A stretch of 64,000 nucleotides of DNA. Origin: Octopus vulgaris (lineage: Eukaryota). How positions within the stretch are numbered: position 1 is the stretch's first letter; each line of letters begins with the position of its first letter. The translations under genes and the position numbers were made by a program. The notes beneath the pieces are model-generated. The model had not been told where the DNA came from. It saw only the letters and a program-made list of their open reading frames with translations, and ran no database searches. This document shows positions 14,550 through 27,579 of this stretch, in pieces. The stretch lies in the NCBI GenBank assembly GCA_951406725.2, contig OX597819.1, forward strand, positions 28,582,001 through 28,646,000, in the 5' to 3' direction.

Positions 14550-15678
14550 TATGTAGTACCAAAATGTTCCTGGACTAGTTCTGTAGCACACCAACGGATG
14601 GCAGTACATGGTTGTGTGCACAGGGAGAACTAGCAGTGACCTTCATGAGGTAGTGTGCCAAATGACATCACTGTGTTTACTTCATAATTTGTGAAATTTG
14701 TGTTTTAGTGATCATGTGTATGCTGTAGTCTGTGATTTTTGTCATGGAGAGGAAGTTGGAACAAAGAGTCAACGTGAAATTTTGTGTTAAACTTGGGAAG
14801 TCTGCTACAGAAACATTGACCATACTTTAGCAAGCTTATGGTGATGAGGCAGTGGGTCATATGCAATGTTCCAAGTGGCATGGGCACTTCAAAAGTGGAC
14901 GACAGAGCCACAGCTCAATCAAGAGCATGCTCATCATGTTTTTGATACCCATGGTGTTGTGTATTGAGTATTCATTTCCCAGGGCTAGACCGTCAACTGA
15001 GAGTTATCAATTGAAGCATTTGAGGATGGAAAATTTGGTGAAAGCAACTGGATCTGTGGAGTGAGAAGAATTGGATTCTTCAGGCTGACATTGCCTCCTG
15101 TCGCCAAGCTCTCTTCACTTGTGTATTTCTCACCAAAAACAACATGGTATTCTTTCCGCAGCCACCCTATTCACCAGTTTTATCACCTGCAGACTTCCAT
15201 CTCTTCCCCAAGATGAAAACACAGCTCAAAGATCGGTGTTTAATATCGTTGTCAAAATCCAGAGCAAATTGCAGAAGGTTGCCAACACATGGAAAACAAC
15301 TTCCAGGCTGAATTCCAAAAGTAGCAGGAGTTCTGGGACTGGTATATTGCTGCACAAAGTGACTATTTCGAAGGAGATAATGTTAAAACTTAGTTAACCC
15401 TTTCGTTACTGTATTTATTTTGAGATGCTCTATGTTTCTTTCAATTACTTTAAATATAACAAAGAATTTAGTAAAATAACTTAGTTATCATTCAGCTAGT
15501 GTTAGGAACATAAATTGTGACTAAGGTTTGGTGGAAGATTTTAATTCAAAACTTATGAAAACAAGACATTTGTACTCAGAACCAGAGCCGGTTTCAGCCA
15601 GGTTGGTAACGAAAGGGTTAAGTGAGTTATTTTTTTTATTAAATATAACTCATTTGGGAACTTTCTGATACCACCTCG
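14550..15678 (+). mobile_element. Internally deleted, decayed mariner transposon
   Basis: EQRVNVKFCVKLGKSATET HTH from 14744; PPYSPVLSPADFHLFPKMK near 15160-15220; degenerate TIRs, right end GGGAACTTTCTGATACCACCTCG-TA. Confidence 0.8.
15398..15617. mobile_element. piggyBac-type MITE nested in the mariner
   Basis: TTAA-CCCTTTCGTTAC ... GTAACGAAAGGG-TTAA: perfect 12-bp TIR and TTAA target duplication. Confidence 0.85.
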
Positions 15679-16186
15679 TAGATATGTAATGCAAGCTGAT
15701 GAATATGTGTTTTTACTAAACACATGTTTTTTAGTCTTTTTTTTATTTATCATGTAAATATTGTGATTAGGAAAAAAAATTATCAGTTTGAAGTTTCAGC
15801 ATTTATTATTGTTTCATCAGAAACCAGTTACACATTTTCCTGATCATAGAGACAACAGTAGCTTATAACAAACAATTGTACACACAAACTTATATAATCC
15901 AAATTGGCCTGCTTTAATTTGCATTACAATGGAAGTATTTGCAATATGAGGGAATTAGTTTATAGAAGCATTAAGATAAATGGAGATGCAACGCAGATGT
16001 ACCAACATATGTTTTTAGAGTAAACGCATAATTTTAGCTTCACTCTGAAGAGTATATACTTATTGTAATTAGACCACATGTTTCTCTTCCAAAATATGGG
16101 TTTATGAAAAAAAAAAAAACTTGCTCATAAGTTAATCTTACCTATTTATTTATTTTAATACTGAGCAGGGATTTAATTAGTTAATA

Positions 16187-16370
16187 TATCATCATCACCA
16201 TCATCATCATCATCATCACCACTACCATCATCATCATCATCATCATCACCATCATCATCACCATCATCATCATCATCATCACCACCACCACCACCACCAC
16301 CACCACCACCACCACCACCACCACCACCACCACCACCACCACCACCACCACCACCACCACCATCATCGTC
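16187..16370. repeat. (CAT)n/(CAC)n microsatellite
   Basis: Direct reading. Confidence 0.95.
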
Positions 16371-16619
16371 ATAAACATATGGCTTCAGGTCCAGTCCTAG
16401 TGCATGTCACCTTGTGCAACCATCTTCTACATTAGCTCTGAGCTGACTAAAGATTTGTGAATGAATCAAGCTGAAATCAGCCTGTTGCAAATGTTTGTGT
16501 ATGTGTGTGGGTTTGTGCATGTGTGCATATACCCTTGTTTTGACATTGTGCAATATTTGTAAATTGGTATGACTTTCAAACAATTGGTGCGATGTCTGGC
16601 TTTGAGGAAATATGACCTT

Positions 16620-17631
16620 AGTTAGTTAGTTAGTTAATTTGGCTCAAAAGCAAATAGCAAGGCCATGTAGAGGGACATGGAGTTAAGTACAGGGTGGTGT
16701 TCATGTAAAGAGTTCAGGCCACTTGAGGTCCAGGGAGGCTTTGAACAAAGCGGTCGTCGGCATCTTCACCATCTCATCTGGCAGCTTGTTCCACGGATCC
16801 GCAACCCGGACGGAGAAAGCTCCTCTCCTTCGATTGAGATGAAATCGTCGCAGGTAGAGCTTTTCGGAATGACCCCGCAGCCGACGCTCCGGAGCAGGAG
16901 TGAAGAACAGCTCTTTCGAGAGGTTACACTTCCCGCTTATGATGTTGTGGGCGAGAATGAGATCACCACGGCGGCGGCGTTTTTCAAGAGAATAAAGGTC
17001 GAGCGTCCTCAGCCTTTCTTCGTAGGACAAATTTTTGAGACCATGAACCAAGCGGGTAGCCAGCCTCTGGACTCTTTCGAGGTGCTGTATGTCTTTGAGG
17101 AGATAAGGAGAAGAGGCTTGAATCCCATACTCCAATATGGGTCTCACCAGCGTGACATAGAGTGGCAGGAATATGGCTGCTGTGAGCACTCTGAATGACC
17201 GTCGAATCAAAAACAGAATTCCGCGCGCTTTGTTGGCAGCATGGACGCACTGGGCCGAAGGCGAAAAGGAGGAATCCACCAAGATACCCAGGTCCTTTAC
17301 CTGATCGGTCCTCTCCAGCAGCAGACGACCTGGCTCGAAATCAAGTTGAGTTGTAGGAGTAGAGCCGACAGGCAGATGACAGCACTTTGACACGTTCAGA
17401 CACAGGTCCCAATCGTTAGACCACTTCCAAATTTGGTGGAGGCATCGACGAAGATCCTCTATACTACCGCGAGGAGCGACCAGTTTGATATCATCGAAAA
17501 ATAGAAGGGTGTGTTGCGTGAGGTCGTCGGGCAAGTCATTTATGAAGACTAAGAACAACAAGGGCCCAAGCACTGAACCTTGAGGCACGCCACTGCTCGC
17601 ACTGGAGACGTCGGACCGCGAACCATTAACT
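16620..17631 (-). mobile_element. 5'-truncated CR1-clade LINE; open RT C-terminal frame (16701-17631)
   Basis: PQGSVLGPLLFLVFINDLP, FFDDIKL, KDLGI, LERVQRLATR, LEKRRRRGDLI; (TAAC)n tail; 7-bp TSD TGACCTT at 16613-16619 and 17632-17638. Confidence 0.92.
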
Positions 17632-17754
17632 TGACCTTGTTTGGAAACAGGTGAGGGTTGATGACAGGAAGAGTGTTCAGCTGTCGAAAATTGGCATCAG
17701 TAAATTTCCTCTAACCTAAACAAGGATGATAATGATGATGAGAATGACATGTAT

Positions 17755-17903
17755 ATCATCATCATCATCATCGTTTAACGTCCGTTCTCCATGCTAGCAT
17801 GGGTTGGATGGTTCGACCGGGGATCTGGGAAGCCAGAAGGCTGCACCAGGCTCCAGTATTATCTGGCAATGTTTCTACAGCTGGATGCCCTTCCTAACGC
17901 CAA
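17755..17903 (-). mobile_element. SINE family D fragment
   Basis: Matches 4121-4270. Confidence 0.8.
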
Positions 17904-18174
17904 TGTATATATCTGTACATATGCATACATGCACACACACACATACACACACACTCACACACACACACACACTCACACACACACACGCATGCACACACAC
18001 ACACACACACAGCTGTGTCACCTTCATCTCCGTCTCTGTCCATATACCTCTCTTACCAGCCCTCAGTCTATATTCTCCCTTTGTAATGTAGAATAGTACT
18101 GAATTGCCTAACTTGCCCTGTCCCATCATCCATACCCTCTTTGGCAGGGTCCCTTGCACTCTCATATGGTGGTT

Positions 18175-18588
18175 ATTGCTGAAGATAGGGGTAGATGAAT
18201 GGCTGGTGAGAGCTATCCAAGTGATGTACAGAGATGCTGTCTGTAAAGTAAAAGTCAGCAATGAGTATAGCATTTAGTATGCAGGTAGGAGTTAACTAGT
18301 GCTTGGTCCTCAACCCTTTTTTATTATAGTCCATTGCAAAGGAGTTTAAGACTGGTGGCCTATGGGAGCTCTTCCGTGTGATAACCTTGTTCTTATAGCT
18401 GAATCTATAGCAAAATTAGAGAAGAAATTTTAGGTGTGGAAGCAAAGTGTGGAATCAATAGGTAAACTTAGCAATGACCAAAGTCCTAGTAAGCCAGAAA
18501 GCAGATAAATTAGTAATCCCTTCAGGGAAATGGCTCTGCTTAATATGTAGAGTTGAAGGTAGGAATTTTGTACAGTGTACCCAGTGCA
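18175..18588 (+). pseudogene. Decayed RTE-type LINE reverse transcriptase fragment
   Basis: GVDEWLVRAIQVMYRDAVCKVKVSNEYS..DNLVLIAES; homologous to 58368-58622(-); probable 3' remnant at 19215-19450. Confidence 0.65.
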
Positions 18589-19210
18589 AGAAGGCACATG
18601 ACTCAGTGGTTAGAGTGTTGGCCTCACAGTCATGAAGAAGTGAGTTCAATTCCCAGACTGGGCTGTGTGTTGTGTTCTTGAGCAAGACATCTTATTTCAT
18701 GTTGTTCCAGTTCACTCAGCTGTAGAAATGAGTTGTGACATCACAAGTGCCAAGCTGTATCAGTCTTTGCCTTTCCCTTAGATAAGATTGGTGACATGGA
18801 GAGGGGAGAGAAGGGAGAGAAGGGTAAGAGAAAGGAAATAAAATATAAATGAATAAAAGGAAAGAGAAAAGAAAACTTTAAAAGAGAAAAAGAAGAGTAA
18901 TATAGAAAAGTGAGAGTAAGGAGAGGAGACATAAAAAAGAGAGAAATATAAAGAAAAATACTGATTTTAAAGAATGGTTTTTAGTGTATTGCTGGTGATG
19001 ATTTATTTTATCAATCCCAGAGGTATGAAAAGCAAAGCTTGTGCCATGAAGGACTTGATCACACAAACAGAATCTAAATAAAGCTGACAAGATAAATAAT
19101 GTTGTGGTCAACCTCAGTGGAATTTGATCTATTAGTGTAATAGTGACTACTGGTGACTACTAGTCGTCCATAAACAACCTTGCCTGGACTTGTGCTTTGG
19201 AAAATAACTT
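18589..19210 (+). mobile_element. SINE family B interrupted by a 334-bp inverted duplication
   Basis: Matches 5396-5612 up to ~18810 and resumes at ~19150 (CATAAACAACCTTGCC). Confidence 0.75.
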
Positions 19211-19679
19211 TGTAAAATGAAGTGTGCAAGGGAGGAGATGGTGCTTGTATGGTCTTGTGATGCAGGCAGTTGAGAACAGCTGCATAAAGAAGTTCTGATT
19301 GCTAAATGTGGATGGAACCTGGGAAAGAGGAAGACTCGAGAAGACAGTAGACAAAATGGTGAAAAAAAATGACCTTCAGATATTGAGCCTCACACAGGAG
19401 ATGACAAAGCACTGAAATGATTGGTAATATACAGTACTTATGAAGACACATCTATCTAAATAGAACTGAAGCCCCAAAGGCCACAATTTTATTTTGGTAG
19501 ATGTAGTTTATGTCTATGTTCTAGAGCACAACTTTTCCCTGACAAACCTCTCCTGCAAGACTTATTTTCCTAACAACCCACCTTCTGCCACATGTATTCA
19601 CTGCTCATAACATTTCCTTCCCCTCCACTTTGTCTCCCACTCTCCTTCTGCACTTTTGCAAACTTACCTGCCCACTCAT

Positions 19680-20530
19680 CCTATCCAGGTGCCCTGTCCT
19701 GTTGGATAATGAAGTCTTCAGACACCTCCTCATGCAATTTTTCCATCAACCTGTTTTGCAGCATGGCAAGGTATGCTTCACCATTGACTGTTCCTTCTTC
19801 AAAGGAGACTGGTCCATACACATGTTTCTTTGACATGGCCCAGAACACATTTACCTTAGGGGAATCTTGCACATGCCCGATAATTACATAAGGGTTCTCA
19901 GTTACTCGTATTCATGCGTTATGCTTGTTAACTTTGCCACTTACGTGGAAGGTCACTACATCGCTAAAAACAAGCTGGTCGTCAAATCTGTCTTCTTCCA
20001 ACCTCTCTAGCATATATTACTAGGTGAGACAAGCTGACACTGAATTAGCCTTGCTGATTGAAAGGTGACGGTCTCGTTTAGAGAATGCGTGGGCTAAGAC
20101 TACGTGCCTTCATTGGTCAGTTAAAGTTGAGACAGTGTCACGTGACAACTTGCTGGGGCTGCCTGCTGGAGCCTAGCAGCAGGTATTTAAAGGGAAATTT
20201 GACAAGGCAGTCAGTCACCCGCTAACACTTGTTGATGCTACATTGAAGAGGCCAGGGAACAGAAGAAAGAAGGAGAAAGAAGACATGCACTCAACACCAG
20301 AGCTGAAGACACCTCCAAAAAGGGGGCCTCGTCATGTCAAAACGGTAGAGGAGTAGGGGCCGAAACCAGCCGTGGTTCCTCCTGATGATGTCTTCAGCTA
20401 ACTGGATCCTATAAAGGAGCTGTTGTGGTAGCAGACCACGAAACATGGTTGAAATTCCTGTGCAAAATTCATGGTGAATAGGTTTATCAGTGTCCTTCAA
20501 CTGTTCAACCAATTGCAGCTTGTATGATGT
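19680..20530 (-). pseudogene. Tc1/mariner-superfamily (maT/DD37D-like) transposase fragment, split by an insertion
   Basis: YKLQLVEQL..EFC (20450-20525), LVFSD..TFHVSGKVNKHN..ENP, QDSPKVNVF..VYGP..TVNGEAYLAML..IQQDRAP. Confidence 0.75.
20015..20443 (+). mobile_element. Probable solo LTR inserted in the transposase fragment
   Basis: ~430-bp GC-richer block splitting the reading frame, CATA/CATG flanks (imperfect 4-bp TSD), TATTTAAA followed by CAGTCAGT; termini not canonical TG..CA. Confidence 0.5.
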
Positions 20531-21263
20531 TAACACACACACACATGACAGGCTTCTAGTTTCTACCGACCAAATCTACTCACAATGCTTTGGATGGTCT
20601 AGAGCTATAGAAGAAGACATTTGTTCAAAGTGCTACTGTCTGGTACATAGTCTAGTTCTCCAACAATTTGTGCCAAATTTCATCTTTGATCTATACAAAC
20701 TATTACACTAATAGATCAAATTCCACTGAGGTTGACCACACCATTATTTATCTTGTCAGCTTTATTTAGATTCTGTTTGTGTGATCAAGTCCTTCGTGGC
20801 ACAAGCTTTGCTTTTCATACCTCAGGGATTGATAAAATAAATCATCACCAGCAATACACTAAAAACCATTCTTTAAAATCAGTATTTTTCTTTATATTTC
20901 TCTCTTTTTATGTCTCCTCTCCTTACTCTCACTTTTCTATATTACTCTTCTTTTTCTCTTTTAAAGTTTTCTTTTCTCTTTCCTTTTATTCATTTATATT
21001 TTATTTCCTTTCTCTTACCCTTCTCTCCCTTTAGTCCTTCCCTTCAATCCTCTCTTTCTTTCTCACTCACTCTCTCTCTCTCTCTCTCTCTCTCTGTTTC
21101 TGCCTCTCTGTCTGTCTCTCTGTGTCTGTCTATTTCTCTGTCTTTCTTCTTCCCTCTGTATTTTTCTCTGCCCTCTCCTCAAATATTTCAATCTATATTT
21201 TGTCTTTATTGCTCTGGTTCTCCTGGTTACACACTCATGCCCCCAGACATTTGTAGAGGCTTG

Positions 21264-21301
<38 letters not shown>

Positions 21302-22419
21302 GTGTTCCCACATTCACACATACAAAATGATCACAGACACTGATATGCACCAACAATTGATCACACACAGGTACACACAAATACATGTTCACACACACAC
21401 ACATGCGCGTGCGCACACATACACACACACACACACATAATGACAGACACATGTCAATACATAGGCAACCAAAATATAACACACAAATGCTTTCCCTCTC
21501 TCACACACAAATGCATACGCGCAATCTCATACATACACAAACACAGACACACACATTATTTCAACAAACATGTACATGATCACACATGCACACACACTCA
21601 CACGTGGCGCATAAATGTATATATGCATGTACATGTATAGCAATTAGTGTAGCAATTTAATGCCATAGTTTCCTAGCTCCTGTAGTGGTAGAACAGCAGT
21701 CATTAATGCAAGTATGAAATCTGAGGTATGGAAATGCTATGCTAATTGCAACATATGCAGTTAACTGACTCAACATACTTCAACATTAACACTATATTGA
21801 GTGCTAATTAATTTTGATACTAATAATATTACGGTACTTTAATGACTTCTGACAGAAACCCAAGGTCACAGATATTTAGGGCAAAGAGAAGGGAAGTAAC
21901 ATGGTTGACTTCATCAATGAAGTAATTATTTATTTTTTATTTAATGTTTTTTTTTTCTTTTTTTGTTGCAATTTGTGAACAATAGTATCATTGGTTACAA
22001 ATTTCCAGCTTTCCAGCAAGCTAAATGCTGGTTCACTGCATTTGTGAGGGTGAGCTTGACAACAGAGTGTCTGTGCAACTTGAGCATAACAAAATATCAT
22101 TATTCTCTGCAAGCAGTCAACTCTTGAAGTATGAGTGTCTTGTTGAACAATTCATTTTCATGTTTCTTTATCTTCTGCTTCTCCTATTAATTGTTACATC
22201 TTCAATCTTGTTATCTCCTACATGTTATCAATCCAATTTTTTCCTAACTTTCCTCTGCATTTTCAGAAACCAATGATTTTTGTAGAATGTCTTACTTTTA
22301 TGGCACGTGCTCAATACACCTAATTTTTTTTGCTGGTTCTGCTCTTTCACAAGACTCCGTTCAATTTCAGTTCGGAATTACTAATTTGTAACAAATACAT
22401 AAAGCATTTTCATTCAAAA

Positions 22420-22921
22420 GCAGGAGTGGCTGTGTGGTAAGTAGCTTGTTTACCAACCACATGGTTCCGGGTTCAGTCCCACTGCGTGGCATCTTGGGCA
22501 AGTGTCTTCTGCTATAGCCCCGGGCCGACCAATATCTTGTGAGTGGATTTGGTAGACGGAAACTGAAAGAAGCCTGTTGTATATATATAAAAAGACCCTC
22601 TTCGGTCATGAATGACCATGGGATTGCACCTAGAAAGTTACCTTCCTAGATACAAGTCCGGGCAAGGTTGTTTATGGAAGGCCAGCAGTCGCCCATGCAT
22701 ACCAGCCTCCCTCTCTATGCCACCAGTGTTATCCAAGGGAAAGACAAAGGTCGATACAGCTTGGCACCAGTGACGTTGCAACTCATTTCTACAGCTGAGT
22801 GAACTGGAGCAACGTGAAATAAAGTGCCTTGCTCGAGAACACAACACGCAGCCCGGTCCGGGATTCGAGCTCACAACCTCACGATCGTAAGCTCAACGCT
22901 CTAACCACTGAGCCATGCGCC

Positions 22922-22966
<45 letters not shown>

Positions 22967-23187
22967 TTGTGTTTGTGTGTCTGTGTTTGTCCCCCTAGCA
23001 TTGCTTGACAACTGATGCTGGTGTGTTTATGTCCCCGTAACTTAGCAGTTCGGCAAAAGAGACCGATAGAATAAGTACTGGGCTTACAAAGAATAAGTCC
23101 CGGGGTCGATTTGCTCGACTAAAAGGCGGTGCTCCAGCATGGCCACAGTCAAATGACTGAAACAAATAAAAGAGTAAAAGAGTAAAA
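22420..23187 (+). mobile_element. SINE family A with a nested family B copy
   Basis: Family A head and tail separated by an antisense family B copy inserted in the internal (TA)n. Confidence 0.85.
22592..22925 (-). mobile_element. SINE family B
   Basis: Reverse complement of 5396-5729. Confidence 0.85.
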
Positions 23188-23455
23188 GCACTGGTTTTTG
23201 GAATAATAATAATAGGCAAAGTTGGTTTGGTTTGGATTTAATTCAGAATGTTAAGGGATGTAATTGTAGCAAGTCAGGAAAGCTATTTTTGCTATTGGGT
23301 TGTAACACAGTTGTGCTATGGCAACTCCAGCCAATCATGGCTGGGCACGTATTAATACCAAAAGCAGTTCTCTTCCCAAGAAGTGTCAAGCGAGCATTTT
23401 AACCAATTATACAGAAAGACAGCAGATCAGCAACATTGGGAACAACCTCTTTGTT

Positions 23456-23566
23456 CATTATTTACATTCAATGGATATTTGTCCTTATCTTGTTTGTTGT
23501 TAAAACAACGTTTCGGCTTGGGGAAATTTCAAACCTGGGTTCTCATTCCTAAGGTATTTTTCGATG

Positions 23567-23611
<45 letters not shown>

Positions 23612-23980
23612 TCACTGCCTGGAATCGAACTTGGAATCTTGGGGTTAGTAGCCTGTGCTCTTAACCACTATGCCATATGCCCACTGCACTTTTAACCACT
23701 ATGCCATATGCCCACTGCACTTTTAACCACTACGCCATATGCCCACGGGCATATGGCGTAGTGGTTAAGAGCACGGGCTATGAACCCCAAGATTCCAAGT
23801 TCGATTCCAGGCAGTGACCTGAATAAGAATAATAATAATATTGAAAAATACCTTAGAAATGAGAACTCAGGTTTGAAATTTCCCCAAGACACCTGATGAA
23901 GGCTGGAAGGGAAATCAGCCGAAGCATTTTGTTTACAACAAACAAGATGAGGACAAATATCTGTCAAATGTAAATAATGT
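23456..23980. mobile_element. Head-to-head palindromic element: tRNA-like head plus hammerhead-bearing tail
   Basis: Axis at 23745-23746; right arm GGGCATATGGCGTAGTGGTTAAG..GTTCGATTCC, then CTGATGA-AGGCTG..CAGCC-GAAG (23893-23924); the left arm retains GAAACGTT. Confidence 0.75.
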
Positions 23981-24557
23981 AAATAATATACATAATTCCC
24001 CATCTCTTAAATATAGAACTGGAACCACTTTGTTTTTCACACCAACCTTGTGCTGCTAGCTTTCAATTATATCAGCCCTCAACTCTGATCACATCATGAA
24101 TGGCCTATTTCATTTATACCAACTTTGCTCTTCGAACTTCTGAATGCCATCAACCCACAACTCTGCCATATCATGAACAGTATATATTCTTTTATGCTAG
24201 CTCCGTTTCTGTTAGCTTATAGCAACTTCCAGCTGTGTCCATTTTTCAAACGTAAGTTTTAAAGTTTTCTCTGACTCCTGCACATACACCGGAACGGCTA
24301 CGCTCATATTACTTGTCAGCTCTCATTATCCTTTAATAAATTAAAATATTTTGTATAAAAATGCCTTCTGATATTTTCATTACACACACTTCTCAAAAGC
24401 CCACTTACAAGACCTCTCTATGAACACTTTCACTAAAGTGGTAACCCTTTACTAACATTCTCTCTATATAACTAAACACCATAAAACATTTTATCTACTG
24501 CTCTACTGATTTAGCCAATGTACTGCTTCTTTTTACAATACTAATTAATATAAGTAG

Positions 24558-24970
24558 GCATAGGAGTGGCTGTGTGGTAAATAGCTTGCTTACAAACCAC
24601 ATGGTTCTGGGTTCAGTCCCACTGCATGGCACCTTGGCCAAGTGTCTTCTACTATAGTCTCGGGCCAACCAAAGCCTTGTGAGTGGATTTGGTAGACGGA
24701 AACTGAAAGAAGCCTGTCGTATATATGTATAATATGTATGTATGTGTGTGTATATATGTTTGTGTGTCTGTGTTTGTACCCTCCAACATCGCTTGACAAC
24801 CGATGCTGGTGTGTTTACGTCCCCATAACTTAGCGGTTCGGCAAAAGAGACCGATAGAATTAGTACTAGGCTTACAAAGATTAAGTCCTAGAGTCGATTT
24901 GCTCGACTAAAGGTGGTGCTCCAGCATGGCCACAGTCAAATGACTGAAACAAGTAAAAGAGTAAAAGAAT
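24558..24970 (+). mobile_element. SINE family A, full length
   Basis: tRNA-like head, internal (TA/TG)n, (GTAAAAGA)n tail. Confidence 0.87.
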
Positions 24971-25214
24971 AAGTGTTAATGAACTGCACTGACTGTTGAT
25001 GAAGTAATGAAATCAAACTTTTCTAAGTCAGCTATTGTGTTCTCCCATTGAGTAAGGCATACAATACTCTTTATTTCTCTGATCAAACAAGATCCTTCTT
25101 TTACTTAATTATTGAATGGTTGAATGGCTGCTGTTAGAAAGAATCTCCATCTGTCAAATTAATTAATCCTATTAAAACCATTTGGGTAAATATAAGAAAA
25201 AGGATGTTTTTCAA

Positions 25215-25508
25215 ATGGTTGCCAGTGCCGCTGGACTGGCTCTTGTGCAGGTGGCACATAAAAAGCACCATTTGAGCGTGGCCGTTGCCAGTACCGCCTG
25301 ACTGGCCCTCGTGCTGGTTGCACATAAAAGCACCCACTACACACTCAGAGTGGTTTGTGTTAGGAAGGGCATCCAGCTGTAGAAACTCTACCGGATCAGA
25401 TTGGAGTTTGGTGCAGCCATCTGGTTCGCCAGACCTCAGTCAAATCGTGCAACCTTTGCTAGCATGGGAAGCAGATGTTAAACGATGATGATGATGATGA
25501 TGATGATG
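25215..25508 (+). mobile_element. SINE family D
   Basis: Core and (GAT)n tail. Confidence 0.8.
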
Positions 25509-25824
25509 TTTAGACTTGGAGTAGAATAATATTCATGGAATTGGCAGGTCTTCTGATATTGATAGTGGTGCTATTGTTGCTTGTTCTGACATCCCTTGTT
25601 CAGCAGACATTTGATCAAAAGCACTCCGATTATTATCATTGCTTTATATTTCCTTTTTGGCATTGTGTATCTAGGACTACATCATACAATGTAATATTAG
25701 ATATCTTTAAGGCAGTGAGTTGGCAGAATCATTACCATGCTGGAAAAAGGTTTAGTGACATTTCTTCCGACTTTGTGTTGTGAGTTCAAATGCTGCCGAG
25801 GTTGACTTTGCCTTTTGAGGTCAG

Positions 25825-25860
<36 letters not shown>

Positions 25861-26056
25861 TGTATGTATGTATGTATGTATGTATGTATGTATGTATGTA
25901 TGTATGTATGTATGTATGTATGTATGTATGTATGTATGTATGTATGTATGTCTGTCTGTCTGTCTACACACACACATATATCTATATCAATCCATCTATC
26001 CATATATATATGTCTAAATATATATGTCTACACACACACATATGTGCACATGCACG

Positions 26057-26135
<79 letters not shown>

Positions 26136-26419
26136 CGGCGTTGCGAGACTAATAATTTGGTGCAAAACTCAATTCTTTTACCCAAATAAATTGCACTTCA
26201 TATTCAAGGCTCTGATGAAGCTATAGAATATTATTGAGGCACTCGACTATGAATCCACAGCATCATATATCAATAATAGCTGTAAGTTAATGAAATTCAT
26301 AACATAACTATCCTTTTCCTTGATCATCTCTTTTTCTTATTGCTACTCTATACTTGTCTAACACTTCATTCTGAAGCATACATGTGTGTGTGTGTATGTG
26401 TGTATGTGTGTGTATATCT

Positions 26420-26827
26420 AGGAGTGGCTGTGTGGTAAGTAGCTTGCTAACCAACCACATGGTTCTGGGTTCAGTCCCACTGCGTGGCATCTTGGGCAAG
26501 TGTCTTCTGCTATAGCCCCGGGCCGACCAATGCCTTGTGAGTGGATTTGGTAGATGGAAACTGAAAGAAGCCTGTCGTATATATGTATATATATATATAT
26601 GTGTGTGCGTGTATGTTTTTGTGTGTCTGTGTTTGTCCCCCTAGCATTGCTTGACAACCGATGCTAGTGTGTTTGCATCCCCGTTACTTAGCGGTTCGGC
26701 AAAGGAGACTGATAGAATAAGTACTGGACTTACGAAGAATAAGTCCCGGGGTCGATTTCCTCAACTAAAGGCGGTGCTCCAGCATGGCTGCAGTCAAATG
26801 ACTGAAACAAGTAAAAGAGTAAAAGAG
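26420..26827 (+). mobile_element. SINE family A, full length
   Basis: Matches 24558-24970. Confidence 0.87.
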
Positions 26828-27206
26828 ATATGTATTAAAGATTATTTGCCAACATACGACACACATCTGTTTCCTTATATTTTCAAACAGGGGGGCTTAG
26901 CACCCCCGTTCAACACAAAACAGATATTGCTCTGTATAGCCAGCTGGAAATGATGTTTCCTGGGGCTAAAACAACAGTAACATCTATCCCAACCAGGACT
27001 ACCACATTATGTTGGCAAATAATCCTTACTTTAAAGTACTGTAACTGTATGTCTCTTGTTGAGAGATTTAGAAACAATTTAAGTTTCTATATATATATAT
27101 ATATAATTATTATTTGAGGGAATATAAATCCAAACTTACAGGGAAAAAATTCAATTTAGAAATACTAAATGAAATTTCACACAATATAATATACATATAT
27201 ATGTAA

Positions 27207-27538
27207 AAATTAGAAAAAAAACACCTTTTATCAATTCAAAATGAATAATTAAATTTCACCATCTAGAAAATTACATATAATAGAAATATCATAATTAAAA
27301 TAACAATAAAATATCAGTGATTAAGTAAATTGCAAAAAAATAATAAAAACGTATATAATTGGTATATAATATACCAATTATATATGTTTTTATATATGTT
27401 TTTATTATTTTTTTTTGCAATCTACTTAATCATTGATATTTTATTGTTATTTTAATATTTTTATTATATGTAATTTTCTAGATGGTGTAATTTAATTGTT
27501 CATTTTGAATTGATAAAAGGTGGGTTTTTTTTCTAATT

Positions 27539-27539
<1 letters not shown>
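27207..27539. repeat. AT-rich palindrome (axis ~27366) between (TA)n tracts
   Basis: CCTTTTATCAATTCAAAATGAA..CACCATCTAGAAAATTACATAT mirrored in the right arm. Confidence 0.85.

Positions 27540-27579
<40 letters not shown>

Larger units (their letters stand above)
18811..21031. repeat. Near-identical long inverted repeat, arms 18811-19144 and 20699-21031
   Basis: Arms are reverse complements with few mismatches; the ORF track gives the same peptides on both strands. Confidence 0.92.

Noticed and set aside
18811-21031. DNA transposon with 334-bp TIRs around a transposase fragment
   Set aside because: The arms are SINE debris and a purine tract, and the interior is a patchwork of unrelated decayed elements
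23747-23820. Functional tRNA gene (also the SINE heads at 5396 and 1270-1348)
   Set aside because: A/B boxes are present, but acceptor and T stems do not pair cleanly and the heads continue into repeat bodies
26212-26305. Hammerhead-like CTGATGA..GAAA with a long hairpin between
   Set aside because: Stems I and III are not supportable
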